From contig JASSUC010000016.1 of NCBI GenBank assembly GCA_031963245.1, forward strand, positions 15,800-47,799: a DNA stretch of 32,000 nucleotides. The letters are read 5' to 3'. Positions within the stretch are counted from its first letter, which is position 1, and each line of letters starts with the position of its first letter. Below, in pieces: positions 1 to 10,484 of the stretch. This DNA is from Mycoavidus cysteinexigens (GTDB lineage Bacteria; Pseudomonadota; Gammaproteobacteria; Burkholderiales; Burkholderiaceae). A program made the position numbers and the translations under genes. The notes under the pieces are model-generated. The model had not been told where the DNA came from. It made no database searches and worked only from the letters and a program-made list of their open reading frames with translations.

Positions 1-487
1 GATAGGGCGCGTCAGCGGCTTTGGTTTCAGCAATTTGCGCTTCATACCGGTCCCCCACCGCCAATAACATGTCTTTGGTGAAATACAAGTCACCTCGCTT
101 TTCGCCGTGATATTCGAGGATTTGAGTTTCAACAATCGAATCGACTGGACAGCTTTCTTCGCATAACCCGCAGTAAATGCATTTGGTTAAGTCAATATCA
201 TAACGTGTGGTGCGGCGCGTATTGTCTTCACGCAATTCCGATTCAATCGTAATCGCCAGCGCCGGACATACCGCTTCGCACAGCTTACAGGCAATGCACC
301 GCTCCTCCCCATTAGGGTAGCGGCGGAGTGCATGCAAGCCTCGAAAGCGTGGCGAGAGCGGGGTTTTTTCTTCTGGGAATTGCACCGTAATCTTGCGTGC
401 AAATGCATAGCGCCCAGTCAGCGCCATGCCTCGGAAGAGTTCAATTAAGAAAAAACTCTTAAAGAAATTTTTAATCGCGGTCAACAT
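1..487 (-). CDS. nuoI: NADH-quinone oxidoreductase subunit I (partial; C-terminus runs off the left window edge)
   Basis: Absent from the supplied ORF track because there is no in-window stop. Hand translation from the ATG at 487 gives 162 open codons: [162 protein letters not shown]. It has two CxxCxxCxxxCP 4Fe-4S motifs and lies directly downstream of nuoH. Confidence 0.9.
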   Translation of the reverse strand, partial: MLTAIKNFFKSFFLIELFRGMALTGRYAFARKITVQFPEEKTPLSPRFRGLHALRRYPNGEERCIACKLCEAVCPALAITIESELREDNTRRTTRYDIDLTKCIYCGLCEESCPVDSIVETQILEYHGEKRGDLYFTKDMLLAVGDRYEAQIAETKAADAPY

Positions 488-565
488 AATTCGATCCGTT
501 AAATCGGCTTGGCAAAGCAGCCTGAGCAACACAGCGTCGCCCGATAAGGCTCTGTTACAAGACCG

Positions 566-1624
566 TTATTGCCAAATATTCCATGGTGACATGATCCAAA
601 ACCCTACCACAGCAAGCCAAACAAGCGTCACTGGAATAAAAATTTTCCAGCCCAAACGCATAATTTGGTCATAGCGGTAACGCGGGAAAGTGGCACGCGC
701 CCAGATAAAAATAGACAGCAATAGAAAAACTTTGAGCGCCAACCAAATCACGCCGGGGATAAATGAGAGCACGGCTAACGGCGCATCCCAGCCACCTAGA
801 AAGAGCGTCGCAGTCAGCGCCGCAATGACGATCATATTGATGTATTCAGCCAGAAAGAAAAGCGCAAACGCCATCCCCGAATAATCCACCATATGACCCG
901 CCACAATTTCCGACTCGCCTTCAACCACATCAAATGGATGGCGGTTGGTTTCAGCAATGCCCGAAATAAAATACACCCCAAAGATGGGCAAGAGCGGCAG
1001 CCAATTCCATGACAGCAGGTTAATCCCTAAGCCAGCAAAGATCCCGCGCTGTTGCGAATGAACAATTTCAGATAAATTCAAACTGCCAGCAGTCATCAAC
1101 ACCACGACCAGAGCCAGACCCATCGAAATTTCATAAGAAACCATCTGCGCCGAGGCACGCATGGCTCCCAAAAAAGCATACTTGGAGTTTGACGCCCAAC
1201 CCGCTAGGATCACACCATAGACCCCCACCGATGAAATCGCCATCGCATATAAGAGGCCGGCATTCACATTCGCCAAGACCGCTTGCGCCTGAAATGGAAT
1301 CACGGCCCAGACGGCCAGCGCTGGCGCCACGGTCATAATCGGCGCCAAGATATACAGCCAGTGCGTGGCCTTGGCCGGCGTGATGACTTCTTTGAGCAGC
1401 AATTTAAGCACATCAGCAATCGGCTGTAGCAGCCCTAATGGCCCTACCCGATTGGGTCCTAGCCGCGCATGCATCCAGCCGATCAGCTTACGTTCCCATA
1501 AGATCAAATAAGCGACCGACAAGAGTAGCCCAACGCAGACCACAAGAATGCGTATCAGCAGCCATACTGTGGGCCAGGCAACGCCAAGCGCTTGCATACC
1601 AAGCGTATTGATTGTATCGAACAT
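566..1624 (-). CDS. nuoH: NADH-quinone oxidoreductase subunit H (ND1-like membrane subunit)
   Basis: 352-aa polytopic membrane ORF. It carries NuoH/ND1 signatures ([36 protein letters not shown]; [20 protein letters not shown]) and sits between nuoG and nuoI. Confidence 0.95.
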   Translation of the reverse strand: MFDTINTLGMQALGVAWPTVWLLIRILVVCVGLLLSVAYLILWERKLIGWMHARLGPNRVGPLGLLQPIADVLKLLLKEVITPAKATHWLYILAPIMTVAPALAVWAVIPFQAQAVLANVNAGLLYAMAISSVGVYGVILAGWASNSKYAFLGAMRASAQMVSYEISMGLALVVVLMTAGSLNLSEIVHSQQRGIFAGLGINLLSWNWLPLLPIFGVYFISGIAETNRHPFDVVEGESEIVAGHMVDYSGMAFALFFLAEYINMIVIAALTATLFLGGWDAPLAVLSFIPGVIWLALKVFLLLSIFIWARATFPRYRYDQIMRLGWKIFIPVTLVWLAVVGFWIMSPWNIWQ

Positions 1625-1640
1625 AATGGAGGCCTTTGCT

Positions 1641-4001
1641 TTACGCCCTTTCTATCCGTAACTCGCCAAACAAGCTGCCGAGTTGAGCCGAGGCGTGCGT
1701 TGCCGCAGGCACTCGCGCCACCGTCTCCGGCAAACGTGCATCACGCATCGCCGGCATGGTCACGACCGATTCACCTTGACGCACCCGCACCGCATCGCCT
1801 GCTGCTAAACCAAGCTGGTCGAATAGTCTTGCGGGCAACGATACCCGTGACGCTGCTTGCGCGGTACGGGTCAGTTGTAAAGATTCAGCACGACGCACGA
1901 GCGGGTCGGCATGATAGATTGACACCTCAGGCAAGCGTTCGAGCACCGTGTCGCCAGTTTGCAGCGCTGGCTGATCACTCTGCTTCAGCTTCAGCGACGG
2001 TGAGCTCTGGCTACGATTCGAGAGCCGCGCGGTAATCTCAATGCCCTCAAGAGCGGTAGCACGCACGGCTTCGGCAGTCTCATACGCAAAACCAGGCAAC
2101 TCTAGCAATTGGCCTAGTACCGTTAGAATTTTCCAACCTGGGCGGGCTTCGCCTAGTGCTTGCACAACGCCATTAAAACTTTGCACGGTACCCTGCGCAT
2201 TGATCAAAGTTCCAGCGGTTTCAGTAAACGCCGCCACCGGTAATAACACATCGGCATACTCCAAACCATGCTTGAAGGTGGATAAACTCACCACCATCTC
2301 TGCCTGCGCTAGCGCAGCGCATGCCTGGGCTGGATTTGCGGTGTCATATTCCGCTTCTACGTTAAACAAGAGATAAGCCTTGCGCGGTTGCTTAAACATC
2401 TCTGCTGCAGGCAAGCCGCCCGCCCCCGGCACAGCGCCAACAAGATGCGCTCCGACGGTGTTGGCCGCTTCGGTTAGAAAACCGAGGGTCGCACCGGTAT
2501 GCTGCGCAATCCACTGAGCGGCGGCATAGAGCAAGCTGAAATCTGGATGCTGGACAACTGCATTGCCTAACAAGATCGCGCGTTGCGCGCCTAATTGAGG
2601 AAGACCGAGCTGAGTCGCTATTTTTCTAGCCGCGGTTGAAGGCGTCACGCCGTTAAATGCCTCAGGCACCGCTAGATTGCTCGCCTGCGCAAGCGCGACG
2701 GCAACCCCAGCCAGCTCCTCTAACCAAGCAGACGGAGCGGCAACTAAACGCTGTGCCGTTGGGATCAAGGCATCATCATCTATCGCGTGCAATAAATGAA
2801 TCTGAGCGCCGGCTTTGGCGGCTTGCCGCAAACGTGCCGCAAACAACGGATGATCACTGCACAGTAATGCCCCCACCACCAGTGCGCTATCAAGGTTTGA
2901 TAAAGCCGCAATCGGCATGCCGAGCCAAGGCGCGGTAGGCAAAGTCTCGCTAAAATCACTTTGCCGCAAACGGAAGTCAATATTTTCAGTGCCTATGCCA
3001 CGGGCGAGTTGCTGCCACAGATGAAGCTCTTCCACTGTACTGTGCGGACTAGCGAGTGCGCCAATTGAAGCTGCGCCATGGCTTTGCTTGATCGTGCTTA
3101 AACCCTGCGTGACATAGGCTAAGGCAGTGTGCCAATCGACTTCATGCCACTGCCCATCTTGCTTGATCATCGGCTTGGTCAAGCGCTCGCTACTATTGAG
3201 CGCTTCATATGAAAAACGATCTTTGTCGGAGAGCCAGCATTCGTTAATCGCTTCGTTCTCAAATGGCAAAACCCGCATCACCCGGTGACCTTTAACTTGC
3301 ACCACCAGGTTAGCGCCGACGCTATCATGCGGGCTAATGGATTTACGGCGAGATAGCTCCCAGGTCCGCGCACTGTAACGGAATGGCTTTGAGGTCAGCG
3401 CACCCACCGGGCAGAGATCAATCATATTGCCCGACAATTCCGAATTGACGGTTTGGCCAACGAAAGCAGTGATTTCAGCATGCTCACCGCGGCCTAGCAT
3501 TCCCAGTTCCATCACACCCGCTACTTCTTGCCCAAAACGCACACAACGTGTGCAATGAATACAGCGTGCCATTTCTTCCATCGAGACCAATGGACCGATA
3601 TTTTTATGAAAGACAACGCGCTTTTCTTCGCTATAACGAGAATGTGATTGACCATAGCCGACGGCTAGATCTTGCAATTGGCATTCGCCACCTTGGTCGC
3701 AAATCGGGCAATCGAGCGGATGGTTGATGAGTAAAAATTCCATCACCGCTTGCTGTGCTTTGACGGCTTTTTCTGAGCGGGTTTTGACCAGCATGCCAGC
3801 CGATACCGGCGTGGCGCAAGCGGGCACCGCTTTCGGCATTTTTTCAACTTCAACCAGACACATCCGGCAGTTAGCCGCGACTGACAGTTTTTTGTGATAG
3901 CAAAAGTGCGGGATATAGGTATTCACCTGCTGCGCAGCCTGAATCACCATCGTACCCTCAGGTACTGCAACTTTTTTACCGTCTATTTCCAATTCAACCA
4001 T
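1641..4001 (-). CDS. nuoG: NADH-quinone oxidoreductase subunit G (75-kDa Fe-S subunit)
   Basis: 786-aa ORF with N-terminal Fe-S cysteine clusters ([19 protein letters not shown]; [18 protein letters not shown]; [10 protein letters not shown]; CPVGALT). Operon position matches nuoG. Confidence 0.95.
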   Translation of the reverse strand: MVELEIDGKKVAVPEGTMVIQAAQQVNTYIPHFCYHKKLSVAANCRMCLVEVEKMPKAVPACATPVSAGMLVKTRSEKAVKAQQAVMEFLLINHPLDCPICDQGGECQLQDLAVGYGQSHSRYSEEKRVVFHKNIGPLVSMEEMARCIHCTRCVRFGQEVAGVMELGMLGRGEHAEITAFVGQTVNSELSGNMIDLCPVGALTSKPFRYSARTWELSRRKSISPHDSVGANLVVQVKGHRVMRVLPFENEAINECWLSDKDRFSYEALNSSERLTKPMIKQDGQWHEVDWHTALAYVTQGLSTIKQSHGAASIGALASPHSTVEELHLWQQLARGIGTENIDFRLRQSDFSETLPTAPWLGMPIAALSNLDSALVVGALLCSDHPLFAARLRQAAKAGAQIHLLHAIDDDALIPTAQRLVAAPSAWLEELAGVAVALAQASNLAVPEAFNGVTPSTAARKIATQLGLPQLGAQRAILLGNAVVQHPDFSLLYAAAQWIAQHTGATLGFLTEAANTVGAHLVGAVPGAGGLPAAEMFKQPRKAYLLFNVEAEYDTANPAQACAALAQAEMVVSLSTFKHGLEYADVLLPVAAFTETAGTLINAQGTVQSFNGVVQALGEARPGWKILTVLGQLLELPGFAYETAEAVRATALEGIEITARLSNRSQSSPSLKLKQSDQPALQTGDTVLERLPEVSIYHADPLVRRAESLQLTRTAQAASRVSLPARLFDQLGLAAGDAVRVRQGESVVTMPAMRDARLPETVARVPAATHASAQLGSLFGELRIERA

Positions 4002-4013
4002 TTTGCGACCGTA

Positions 4014-5318
4014 TCAAAAAGATTCGACTGGTTGAGCAACCAGACAGCGCTTGTGTTCAATATGATGCTCGAATTCATGCCAATAGTGCTTGAGCATGCC
4101 GCGCACAGGCATCGCCGCTGCATCGCCCAAAGCGCAGATGGTACGACCCATGATGTTTTCAGCGATCGAATTGAGCAACTCAAGGTCATCCGGGACGCCC
4201 TTGCCATGCTCAATCCGATGAATCACCCGGTAGAGCCAGCCAGTGCCTTCGCGGCACGGCGTGCACTGGCCGCATGATTCTTCATAATAAAAATAAGCCA
4301 AACGCAATAGCGCGCGCACCATACAACGTGTTTGATCCATCACAATCACCGCGCCAGAGCCAAGCATAGAGCCCGCTTGCGCGATGGAATCGTAATCCAT
4401 ATCCGTTTGCAGCATGACTTCAGCTGGCACTACCGGCGCCGATGAGCCACCGGGAATCACCGCCTTGAGCTGGCCATTGCCGCGCATCCCGCCAGCACAG
4501 GCTAATAAGGTGGCAAATGAGGTGCCCAGCGGTACTTCATAATTGCCAGGTTTGGCCACATCGCCTGAGACCGAAAAGATTTTAGTGCCACCGTTATTCG
4601 GTTTGCCCAGCTCTAAATATTTCTGCGCGCCAAGCGCGAACAAAAATGGGACCGCGGCAAACGTTTCTGTATTATTAATCGTGGTCGGTTTGCCATATAG
4701 GCCAAAACTTGCCGGAAAAGGCGGTTTAAAGCGTGGCTGACCTTTTTTGCCTTCCAGCGATTCAAGCAATGCGGTTTCTTCACCGCAGATATACGCACCA
4801 TAACCGTGATGCGCATACAGCTCAAATGAAAAGTCTGAGCCAACAATGTTGGCGCCTAAGTACCCTGCTGCGCGCGCCTGTTCAAGAGCCTGTTCAAAGC
4901 GCTCATAGGCTTGCCAGATTTCACCATGAATATAGTTATAGCCAACCGTAATACCCATCGCATAAGCGGCAATCGCCATGCCTTCGATCAGCGCATGCGG
5001 ATTGTAGCGCAGGATATCGCGATCCTTAAACGTGCCAGGCTCACCTTCGTCAGAGTTGCACACCAGATATTTCTGGCCTGGAAACTGGCGGGGCATAAAG
5101 CTCCATTTAAGACCGGTTGGAAAACCAGCGCCACCGCGCCCGCGCAGACCCGAAGCTTTAACTTCGGCAATCACTTGTTCAGGGGGGATGTTCTCAGCCA
5201 AAATACGCTTAAGCTGTTGGTAACCGCCACGCGCGAGGTAGTCCTTAAGCTGCCAGTTCTCGCCGTTCAGTCCAGCCAAGATCAATGGTTGCAGGTGGCG
5301 TTCGTGCACACATGTCAT
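4014..5318 (-). CDS. nuoF: NADH-quinone oxidoreductase subunit F (NADH/FMN-binding)
   Basis: 434-aa ORF with the [23 protein letters not shown] motif and the [12 protein letters not shown] 4Fe-4S motif. There is a 4-nt overlap with the nuoE stop. Confidence 0.95.
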   Translation of the reverse strand: MTCVHERHLQPLILAGLNGENWQLKDYLARGGYQQLKRILAENIPPEQVIAEVKASGLRGRGGAGFPTGLKWSFMPRQFPGQKYLVCNSDEGEPGTFKDRDILRYNPHALIEGMAIAAYAMGITVGYNYIHGEIWQAYERFEQALEQARAAGYLGANIVGSDFSFELYAHHGYGAYICGEETALLESLEGKKGQPRFKPPFPASFGLYGKPTTINNTETFAAVPFLFALGAQKYLELGKPNNGGTKIFSVSGDVAKPGNYEVPLGTSFATLLACAGGMRGNGQLKAVIPGGSSAPVVPAEVMLQTDMDYDSIAQAGSMLGSGAVIVMDQTRCMVRALLRLAYFYYEESCGQCTPCREGTGWLYRVIHRIEHGKGVPDDLELLNSIAENIMGRTICALGDAAAMPVRGMLKHYWHEFEHHIEHKRCLVAQPVESF

Positions 5319-5791
5319 CGCGCAAGCTCCTCGAGCAACTGATCAATTTTGTCACGACTCATAAAACTACACATTCGTTTATTGTTCACCAACAACACCG
5401 GCGCATCGCCGCAGGCGCCCATGCATTCGCCTTCGCCCAGCGTAAATTTGCCATCTGGCGTGGTTTCGCCAAAGCCAATACCCAGTTTACGTTTCACATA
5501 ATCGGCCGCGGCCTCGCCACCCGATAAAGCACACGGTAGATTGGTGCAGACGGTAATTTTATGCGTACCCACCGGAGTTGTTTGGTACATGGCATAAAAA
5601 GTCGCGACTTCCTGCACAGCAATGGCAGGCATAGCGAGATAATCCGCCACAAAACGGATCACTTCAGGCGAGAGCCAGCCATGTTCATCCTGCGCGACCG
5701 CAAGCGCCGCCATCACAGCAGACTGTTTCTGCGCCGCCGGATATTTGGCTAGCGCACGATCAATTTCTTTCAAAGCTTCAGCAGAGAGCAT
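5315..5791 (-). CDS. nuoE: NADH-quinone oxidoreductase subunit E (2Fe-2S)
   Basis: Contains 2Fe-2S ligand motifs ([10 protein letters not shown]; [11 protein letters not shown]). The track ORF starts at a GTG at 5803. I place the start at the ATG at 5791 ([13 protein letters not shown]...) because recalled Burkholderia NuoE proteins begin MLSAE. The start is uncertain by 12 nt. Confidence 0.9.
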   Translation of the reverse strand: MLSAEALKEIDRALAKYPAAQKQSAVMAALAVAQDEHGWLSPEVIRFVADYLAMPAIAVQEVATFYAMYQTTPVGTHKITVCTNLPCALSGGEAAADYVKRKLGIGFGETTPDGKFTLGEGECMGACGDAPVLLVNNKRMCSFMSRDKIDQLLEELAR

Positions 5792-5872
5792 TTTGAAGAT
5801 CACTCTTTTAATTCCATCACCGGCTTAAAAGACAGCCATAAATAAACTATAACGCCTAGGCGCAGTTCCTGA

Positions 5873-7126
5873 TTAACGATCAATTTCACCAAATACAATG
5901 TCTTGCGTGCCGATAATCGTTACCGCATCAGCAATCATGTGACCTTTTGCCATTTCATTTAAGGCCGACAAATGAGCAAAACCAGGTGCGCGTATCTTCA
6001 AGCGGTAAGGCTTGTTAGCGCCATCTGACACTAAGTAGATGCCAAATTCACCCTTTGGATGCTCAACCGCCGCATAGGTTTCTCCAGCTGGCACACAAAA
6101 ACCTTCAGTGAACAGCTTGAAATGATGAATCAGCGCCTCCATATTGCTTTTCATCTCAAGCCGATTAGGTGGCGCAACCTTATGGTCATCGATCATCACC
6201 GGCCCAGGATGTTGGCGCAACCAGTCTATACATTGACGAATAATGCGGGTTGACTGCCGCATTTCTTCAATGCGCACCAAATAACGATCATAACAATCAC
6301 CGTTGCTGCCAACTGGAATATCAAAATCAAGCTGAGCGTAGACCTCATAAGGCTGCTTTTTGCGCAGATCCCACTCAACTCCGGAACCGCGCAACATCGG
6401 CCCAGTCAGGCCAAGTTGCAAGGCGCGCTCAGGGCTGACGATGCCAATATCGACTAAACGCTGCTTCCAGATCCGATTATCGGTGAGTAAGGTTTCATAC
6501 TCATCGACGCAGCTTGGAAAACGTTGGCTAAAATCATCAATAAAATCAAGGACTGAACCCTGACGCGCTTGATTCAGCTTAGCCAGCGCCTTGGCATGAC
6601 GGATTTTAGAGGCTTTATAGTGCGGCATCGCCTCAGGCAAATCGCGATAAACGCCGCCTGGACGATAATAAGCCGCGTGCATCCGAGCGCCTGACACCGC
6701 CTCATAGACATCCATTAAGTCTTCACGTTCGCGAAACGCATACAGAAAGACCGCCATCGCACCGACATCAAGCGCGTGTGAACCCAGCCACATTAAATGA
6801 TTCAAGATCCGCGTAATCTCGTCAAACATCACCCGGATATATTGGGCGCGGACTGGCACGGTAATGCCTAACATCCGCTCAATCGCCATCACATAGGCAT
6901 GCTCGTTGACCATCATCGACACATAGTCGAGACGATCCATATACGGCACCGATTGCAGATAGGTCCTGGTTTCAACGAGCTTTTCAGTGGCCCGGTGGAG
7001 CAAACCAATATGCGGATCGGCGCGCTGAATCACTTCACCATCAAGCTCCAGCACCAACCGTAGTACGCCGTGGGCCGCCGGATGCTGTGGACCAAAATTC
7101 AGCGTGTAATTTTTGATTTCTGCCAT
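5873..7126 (-). CDS. nuoD: NADH-quinone oxidoreductase subunit D (49-kDa subunit)
   Basis: 417-aa ORF starting [31 protein letters not shown] and ending IVFGEIDR. It is a stand-alone gene with its own start, separated from nuoC by 46 nt, so it is not the fused NuoCD of Enterobacterales. Confidence 0.95.
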   Translation of the reverse strand: MAEIKNYTLNFGPQHPAAHGVLRLVLELDGEVIQRADPHIGLLHRATEKLVETRTYLQSVPYMDRLDYVSMMVNEHAYVMAIERMLGITVPVRAQYIRVMFDEITRILNHLMWLGSHALDVGAMAVFLYAFREREDLMDVYEAVSGARMHAAYYRPGGVYRDLPEAMPHYKASKIRHAKALAKLNQARQGSVLDFIDDFSQRFPSCVDEYETLLTDNRIWKQRLVDIGIVSPERALQLGLTGPMLRGSGVEWDLRKKQPYEVYAQLDFDIPVGSNGDCYDRYLVRIEEMRQSTRIIRQCIDWLRQHPGPVMIDDHKVAPPNRLEMKSNMEALIHHFKLFTEGFCVPAGETYAAVEHPKGEFGIYLVSDGANKPYRLKIRAPGFAHLSALNEMAKGHMIADAVTIIGTQDIVFGEIDR

Positions 7127-7172
7127 CTTAGCGATCCCAACTTAATCTTCGCTTCATATGTCGTAGCCTGGG

Positions 7173-7814
7173 TTAATTAGGACGGTTTGGCTTCAAGCCA
7201 GCGTAGCCTTCTTCGCGAATGACGCGTGGGATAATTTCGCGTGGCTCAATGGTTACCGGCTGATAAATCACCCGTTTTTGCTCAGGGTCATAACGCATCT
7301 CAACGTAACCAGAAATCGGGAAATCTTTGCGGAATGGATGACCAATAAAACCATAATCGGTCAAAAGACGGCGCAAATCCGGATGCCCGTCAAAGACTAA
7401 ACCGAACAGATCAAATGCTTCGCGCTCATACCAATCGGCTGAACTCCAAATATCAATCACCGAAGGCAACACTGGCAGCTCATTATTTGGCGCAAATACT
7501 TTGACGCGTAAGCGCCAATTATGGGTAATCGATAAGAGATGCGAGACAGCGGCAAAACGAGGACACATCGACTCATCTTGAGCGACAATAAGTTCGCGCT
7601 TAGCAACTTCGTCATACACGGAATAATCAACACCGCACAAGTCAATCAGTTGCTCAAAGCACAACGAAGCTTCATCGCGTAGCGTGCGCATCACATCGAG
7701 ATACTGGTTGGCATGGACCACGGCTGTAATCTGCCCAAACGCATGCGTCATGCGCACATCAGTACCAAAGGTTGCCTCGAGATTCGCCATGAGCGCTGCG
7801 AGCTTGCTTGTCAT
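7173..7814 (-). CDS. nuoC: NADH-quinone oxidoreductase subunit C (30-kDa subunit)
   Basis: The track ORF (7173..7886) would overlap nuoB by 11 nt. Homologues begin at the internal ATG at 7814 ([17 protein letters not shown]..., compared with recalled Burkholderia MASKIETLKANLEAALG). Conserved motifs are [12 protein letters not shown] and [19 protein letters not shown]. Confidence 0.9.
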   Translation of the reverse strand: MTSKLAALMANLEATFGTDVRMTHAFGQITAVVHANQYLDVMRTLRDEASLCFEQLIDLCGVDYSVYDEVAKRELIVAQDESMCPRFAAVSHLLSITHNWRLRVKVFAPNNELPVLPSVIDIWSSADWYEREAFDLFGLVFDGHPDLRRLLTDYGFIGHPFRKDFPISGYVEMRYDPEQKRVIYQPVTIEPREIIPRVIREEGYAGLKPNRPN

Positions 7815-7875
7815 TGAGGAAGACCCCACTTCAAATACCGTATCAAAAATTTTGCTTAACTGGCTTGCAGAGAAA

Positions 7876-8352
7876 TTAGCGCGCAATCGTATTCGTGCGA
7901 GTGATCTTAGCCTGCAACTGAATAATGCCGTAAATTAGGGCCTCAGCCGTCGGTGGGCAGCCTGGCACATACACATCAACCGGCACAATCCGGTCACAAC
8001 CCCGGACGACAGAATATGAGTAATGATAGTACCCCCCCCCATTGGCGCATGAGCCCATCGAAATCACCCAGCGCGGTTCTGCCATTTGGTCATAGACTTT
8101 GCGCAATGCACTGGCCATTTTGTTACACAGCGTACCCGCCACAATCATTACATCGGCTTGACGCGGACTGGGCCGAAACACAACACCGAAGCGATCGAGA
8201 TCATAACGGGACGCACCCGCATGCATCATTTCAACCGCGCAGCAAGCAAGACCAAACGTCATCGGCCATAACGAGCCCGTGCGCGTCCAATTAATCAGCT
8301 TGTCCGCAGTGGTGGTAATAAACCCTTCTTGCAGGACGCCTTCAATACTCAT
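7876..8352 (-). CDS. nuoB: NADH-quinone oxidoreductase subunit B (20-kDa, N2 cluster)
   Basis: 158 aa, [83 protein letters not shown]. This is near-identical to the Burkholderia NuoB I recall. Confidence 0.95.
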   Translation of the reverse strand: MSIEGVLQEGFITTTADKLINWTRTGSLWPMTFGLACCAVEMMHAGASRYDLDRFGVVFRPSPRQADVMIVAGTLCNKMASALRKVYDQMAEPRWVISMGSCANGGGYYHYSYSVVRGCDRIVPVDVYVPGCPPTAEALIYGIIQLQAKITRTNTIAR

Positions 8353-8416
8353 AACTTTGCGCTCCGCTCCAGATCCGCATTAATCTGCCTTCTGCATTTG
8401 CTATATCTCACCCTGA

Positions 8417-8776
8417 TCACTCCCAGTCGAGTCCGCCTCTTCGCCAGATATAGGCGAAACCCAGCACAAACTCGAGCAGAAAAATCATCATCGCGAGAAA
8501 GCCCGGCCAGCCAATATCTCTAAGCGCCACGCCCCACGGAAACAGAAAGGCGGTTTCTAGATCAAAGATAATAAACAGAATCGCGACTAAGTAATAGCGC
8601 ACATCAAATTTCATGCGCGCATCTTCAAATGCCTCAAAGCCACATTCGTAAGGGGCATTTTTCTCGCTATTCGGGCGATTGGGGCCCAGTATCTTGCCGA
8701 TACCGAGCAATATCATACCCAAACCCGTGCCCACGAGGATAAAGAGCAATACAGGAAACCAAGCTGCGAGGTTCAA
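8417..8776 (-). CDS. nuoA: NADH-quinone oxidoreductase subunit A
   Basis: 119 aa, [20 protein letters not shown]...[42 protein letters not shown]. It is the first gene of the operon. Confidence 0.95.
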   Translation of the reverse strand: MNLAAWFPVLLFILVGTGLGMILLGIGKILGPNRPNSEKNAPYECGFEAFEDARMKFDVRYYLVAILFIIFDLETAFLFPWGVALRDIGWPGFLAMMIFLLEFVLGFAYIWRRGGLDWE

Positions 8777-8858
8777 GACAATCCTCTATCGTTTTAGGCT
8801 GCCAGCGGACATCATCCATGCCCAGCGATACAGACCTATATCCATAAACTCAAACAAC

Positions 8859-8894
8859 AATGCCAGCCGAAGCACACGCTAAGCAGCTGGCATT
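8859..8894 (-). terminator. Possible intrinsic terminator downstream of tRNA-Leu
   Basis: A 9-bp inverted repeat, aatgccagc (8859..8867) and gctggcatt (8886..8894), lies 10 nt 3' of the tRNA. On the minus strand it is followed by TTGTTGTTTGAGTT. The 18-nt loop is large, so support is modest. Confidence 0.35.
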
Positions 8895-8903
8895 GAAAAT
8901 ACA

Positions 8904-8988
8904 TGGTGCCGACGATGAGACTCGAACTCATACGGCTTGCGCCACTACCCCCTCAAGATAGCGTGTATACCAATTTCACCACGTCGGC
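8904..8988 (-). tRNA. tRNA-Leu, anticodon GAG, class II with long variable arm, CCA encoded
   Basis: Reverse complement reads GCCGACGTGGTGAAATTGGTATACACGCTATCTTGAGGGGGTAGTGGCGCAAGCCGTATGAGTTCGAGTCTCATCGTCGGCACCA. The 7-bp acceptor stem is GCCGACG/CGTCGGC. The anticodon stem CTATC/GGTAG encloses loop TTGAGGG. The T-arm is GAGTTCGAGTCTC and the variable arm is long. Confidence 0.9.
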
Positions 8989-9038
8989 ACAGACTATGTT
9001 TACACAAATTGCTGCAAAGCCGAGATTCTAACGTGTTC

Positions 9039-9082
9039 GCAGCGATTGTTCAATGCAATTGCAGCGATTGTTTAATGCAATT
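9039..9082. repeat. 22-nt tandem duplication (2 copies, 1 mismatch) spanning the stop codon of the BamC-like gene
   Basis: 9039..9060 is gcagcgattgttcaatgcaatt and 9061..9082 is gcagcgattgtttaatgcaatt. The second copy holds the last codons plus TAA of the minus-strand gene. The single mismatch turns TAA into TGA in the downstream copy. Confidence 0.9.
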
Positions 9083-10202
9083 GCTCAGCAAGTAGCGATA
9101 AAATGCGCTGCGCTGACGGTGAAACATCTATCTCGCCGTCATCATTGACCACGGCCACGCGAGTTGTGGTCTGAGTCATCGCCCGCACACGCAGCTTGTA
9201 CTGCTTGACCACTTTCTCTTGTTTGCCACGAAAAACTTGGCTCCAAAAACTAGGCTCAGCCTCAGCCGTGGGGTCAACATAACGCACGGTGTAAATACCT
9301 TGCGCACGGTTGCCCTGAGCAACGCTGAAGTTACTGCGTTCAAGTGTATAGCCTATATATAACCAAACTCGGTCAAATGGCTCAGCGAAATCGATTTGAG
9401 TCAAGCTAACGGGTGATGCACTCGGTTGGGTGGATGAGGCTCGCGCCTGGTTTGCCGCTGCGGTTGAAAGAGTTGCTCCAGCCACAGTCTGAGCTTGGCT
9501 CGATTTATTCGGCCCCAACGCCAGCATCAAACGCTGCAAATATTCGGCTTCAAGGACCGGATCATGTGGAGCGCTTTGCCATTGGCTCATTTCTTTGTGG
9601 CGGCCCACCAACACCTCACGCATGCCCTTCTGACTTAATGAGATCGTACTGCCCCCCTGCGGGCGGCTCTCCAGATGCAGGCGATATTGATTCTTTTCGC
9701 CCGTCACATAAGCATGTGAGAACGCTTTAGCGAGCGTGTTGCGGATGACGCCTTGATCAATATTGGTATAAATTTCTTTCCAGTCAGTTTCCATCACACC
9801 CCGCTCAGGGGTATCAAGCGTGAGCGAAAAACCTTGCTCTTGCCAAAACTGACGGATTTGCGGCCACAGTTGCTGCGGGGTTTGCTGCTCGACAATTAGC
9901 CAACGCATTCTGCCTTGACGCTCAATATGCATACCGACAATCGGCTCAAGCGCCCGCTCGAGCGGCACCATAACGGGCTCAGGACGCAGATACGAAGACA
10001 GCGATACCGTGCCATCTGGCCCCGGGGCACGCTGCTGGGCTCTCGCATACGCCATATCAGGCGGAGCCACGAGCGGTGTAGATTTCGATTTTGTTACGCC
10101 TTGATAATCAATGGCATTGGGATTAGGCGAGCTACAACCCGCTATCGCCAGGACAAATATCGAGCGCGTCATTGCGCGCAGCATCACAGTAGATTGGATC
10201 AT
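9072..10202 (-). CDS. bamC: Outer-membrane lipoprotein, BamC (NlpB)-like
   Basis: Signal peptide with lipobox (VLAIAG|CSS). Blocks resemble recalled E. coli BamC: [42 protein letters not shown] against ..[64 protein letters not shown] against [34 protein letters not shown]; and a terminal YKLRV.. block. The start could also be an internal Met (10184 or 10172). Confidence 0.7.
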   Translation of the reverse strand: [376 protein letters not shown]

Positions 10203-10326
10203 TAAAAAACGCTGTTTAAATCAGAAGGATTTTGGAGAAAAGAAGGCAATACTTTTGATTTTAGCATGGCGCTTGCCATGAGCTGACCGATTGTACGCGC
10301 TAAAGCTCAAGAGTTATGATCTAACA

Positions 10327-10358
10327 TTCTGGTGACACTTAATTCTGGCGACACTTAA
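10327..10358 (+). repeat. 16-nt tandem direct repeat upstream of mdtA (possible regulator site)
   Basis: ttctggtgacacttaa (10327..10342) is immediately followed by ttctggcgacacttaa (10343..10358), with 1 mismatch. It lies about 130-160 nt upstream of the mdtA ATG. Confidence 0.8.
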
Positions 10359-10368
10359 TATTGTTTTC

Positions 10369-10410
10369 CGACACCATGCTGTTGAGATTGTTGTTCGACA
10401 CCACGCTGTT
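10369..10410 (+). repeat. 15-nt direct repeat pair with 27-nt spacing upstream of mdtA (possible regulator site)
   Basis: cgacaccatgctgtt (10369..10383) and cgacaccacgctgtt (10396..10410), with 1 mismatch. The 27-nt centre-to-centre distance is about 2.5 helical turns. Confidence 0.75.
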
Positions 10411-10484
10411 CGCTCGGTGAGGATGTCAAAATACGTTACGATACGGCACGACAGTGTGAAAAAGCCAAGAAAGAGGAATGTTCA

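Noticed and set aside
1592-5342. Plus-strand ORFs of 60-147 aa antisense to nuoG, nuoF and nuoE (for example 1592..2035, 2041..2376, 3894..4277, 4911..5342).
   Set aside because: They lie wholly inside strongly supported minus-strand nuo genes. They have Arg/Ala/Ser/Pro-rich low-complexity translations typical of antisense frames, no ribosome-binding sites and no recognisable motifs.
7815-7886. 24-codon N-terminal extension of the nuoC ORF ([24 protein letters not shown]).
   Set aside because: It would overlap the nuoB 3' end, and homologous NuoC proteins start at the internal Met (MTSKL..). It is treated as an ORF-caller artefact.
10265-10280. Small hairpin catggc-gctt-gccatg in the bamC/mdtA intergenic region, a possible terminator or regulatory stem.
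   Set aside because: It has only a 6-bp stem and no adjacent T-run on either strand. It lies upstream, not downstream, of both flanking genes.
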